A stretch of 50,911 nucleotides of DNA, taken from Spizellomyces punctatus DAOM BR117. Its lineage: Eukaryota. The translations under genes and the position numbers were made by a program. The notes under the pieces were generated by a model that saw only the letters and a list, made by a program, of their open reading frames with translations, made no database searches and was not told the DNA's origin. The stretch lies in NCBI GenBank assembly GCA_000182565.2, contig KQ257455.1, one strand, 5' to 3'. Shown here in pieces: positions 49,934 to 50,911 of this stretch; the first letter of the stretch is position 1, and every line of letters starts with the position of its first letter.

Positions 49934-50911
49934 TTATTCCGTCACCTCCCAGTGGAAGTGCGTCTCATGACCAGTCCAATGGCTGATAACATCTGTTGCC
50001 CTCCGGCCATCACTCAATGTAACATCATTGATGGCGTTGGTGAAAGCAGGTGTGAGTGTCACAAAAACCCTCCGAATCCGATCGCCGTACGTGTTGAGGT
50101 AGTTGATCATTGTTGCAGCCGAAGCGGCATCACGAGCGTTATAACCGTTGTAGTTCCTAATTAACGTAAGGATGTTAGTTGTCATTTATGCTGTCAAGTT
50201 GCCGTCGCACACCCCTTACCCATCGGCACTGTATCCCTGTTTATGACTCTTATGCTTCCCGAAAGTCCCGCCATTCATCTTTGAAAAATCTCCCCAAATT
50301 GTGCCGGTTACCGTGTTGATGAAGGAAACGACGCCAGGACGAGCCCAGTCGTCTCCGCCAACGTCTGTGTCTCGTTGTCCGTAACGGTTGCTTCCAGTGT
50401 ATTGTACTAGCTTGACGACAGAGGGTCCTTCTTTAGTGGCTTCTTCTCCGGCAGTGGACTCGACGACGACGGTGAGCACGAGGTCGGAGCTGGTGGTTTG
50501 AGCTACTCCGGCGAATTGCGCGGAAGCAATGTTGAAGAGCTTGACGTTGCTGTTGACAGATATACCTTTCTCGCCAAATTTGACGCCAATAAGCTGGCTT
50601 TTGAGCTCATCAGCCAAAGTTCCCGTCGCGATCAACGACCCGCCTTCCCTCACTTCCAACCGAATCTCCTTGATAGTATCATCCTTCTCCCCAACGATGC
50701 TAATTGTTCCATACACCACAGTGTTACCCCCGAAATAAGTGTGCGGCGAACAGCTGAGATACTCAAGTGCACCTCCATCGGTATTCTTCAACGAGAGACT
50801 TTTGATCATCAACATTTTCTTAGCAATCTTATCCACAACAAGATCAGAACCGTATAAGCCATCCGCAACGTTCGCAACCGTTAGATCAAACTGGATTGTG
50901 TCCCCTTTAGG
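49934..50911 (-). CDS. C-terminal part of a multidomain protein ending in a MepA-like (peptidase M74/LAS) murein endopeptidase domain; 5' end outside the window
   Basis: Frame is open from the window edge. One 63-nt GT-AG intron (50157-50219, CTAAC branch site) joins ...GDFSKMNGGTFGKHKSHKQGYSADG|NYNGYNA...GHETHFHWEVTE, giving H-x6-D and HxH zinc motifs. Confidence 0.8.

Noticed and set aside
1-50911. Transposase, reverse transcriptase or Fanzor/TnpB genes
   Set aside because: No DDE, RT, RuvC or zinc-ribbon motif sets or terminal repeats were recognised by eye; highly decayed copies cannot be excluded.

Overview
This is gene-dense eukaryotic DNA with short (about 45-90 nt) GT-AG spliceosomal introns and a ciliary gene (CFAP161). 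It most likely comes from a flagellated early-diverging fungus (chytrid, Spizellomyces-like); this is inference, not a database result. The core (about 3.3-43.6 kb) holds tightly packed, mostly divergent/convergent gene pairs: BAP31-like, TRAIP-like RING/PIP-box protein, CFAP161, a ~3,500-aa multi-Ig/ASH-like protein, GPN2, FKBP12 with a mitochondrial presequence, ATP16, RPN9, SET methyltransferase, uL22m, BRI3-like, RSAD1/HemW, SEC1 and LOC1-like. Both ends look accessory. The left end has a tRNA 3' half and a secreted YcaC-type isochorismatase-family hydrolase. The right end has a GPI-type HExxH metalloprotease, a decayed bacterial-style MDR oxidoreductase, a small Cys-rich secreted protein, short direct repeats, and an intron-containing gene ending in a MepA-like (LAS) murein endopeptidase domain. 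Highlights: (1) the MepA-like peptidoglycan hydrolase in a fungus; (2) RFX X-box motifs in four short bidirectional promoters of non-ciliary genes; (3) a fungal TRAIP-like ligase; (4) the giant ASH-repeat protein next to CFAP161. Gene models were spliced by hand and family assignments come from motif recognition only.
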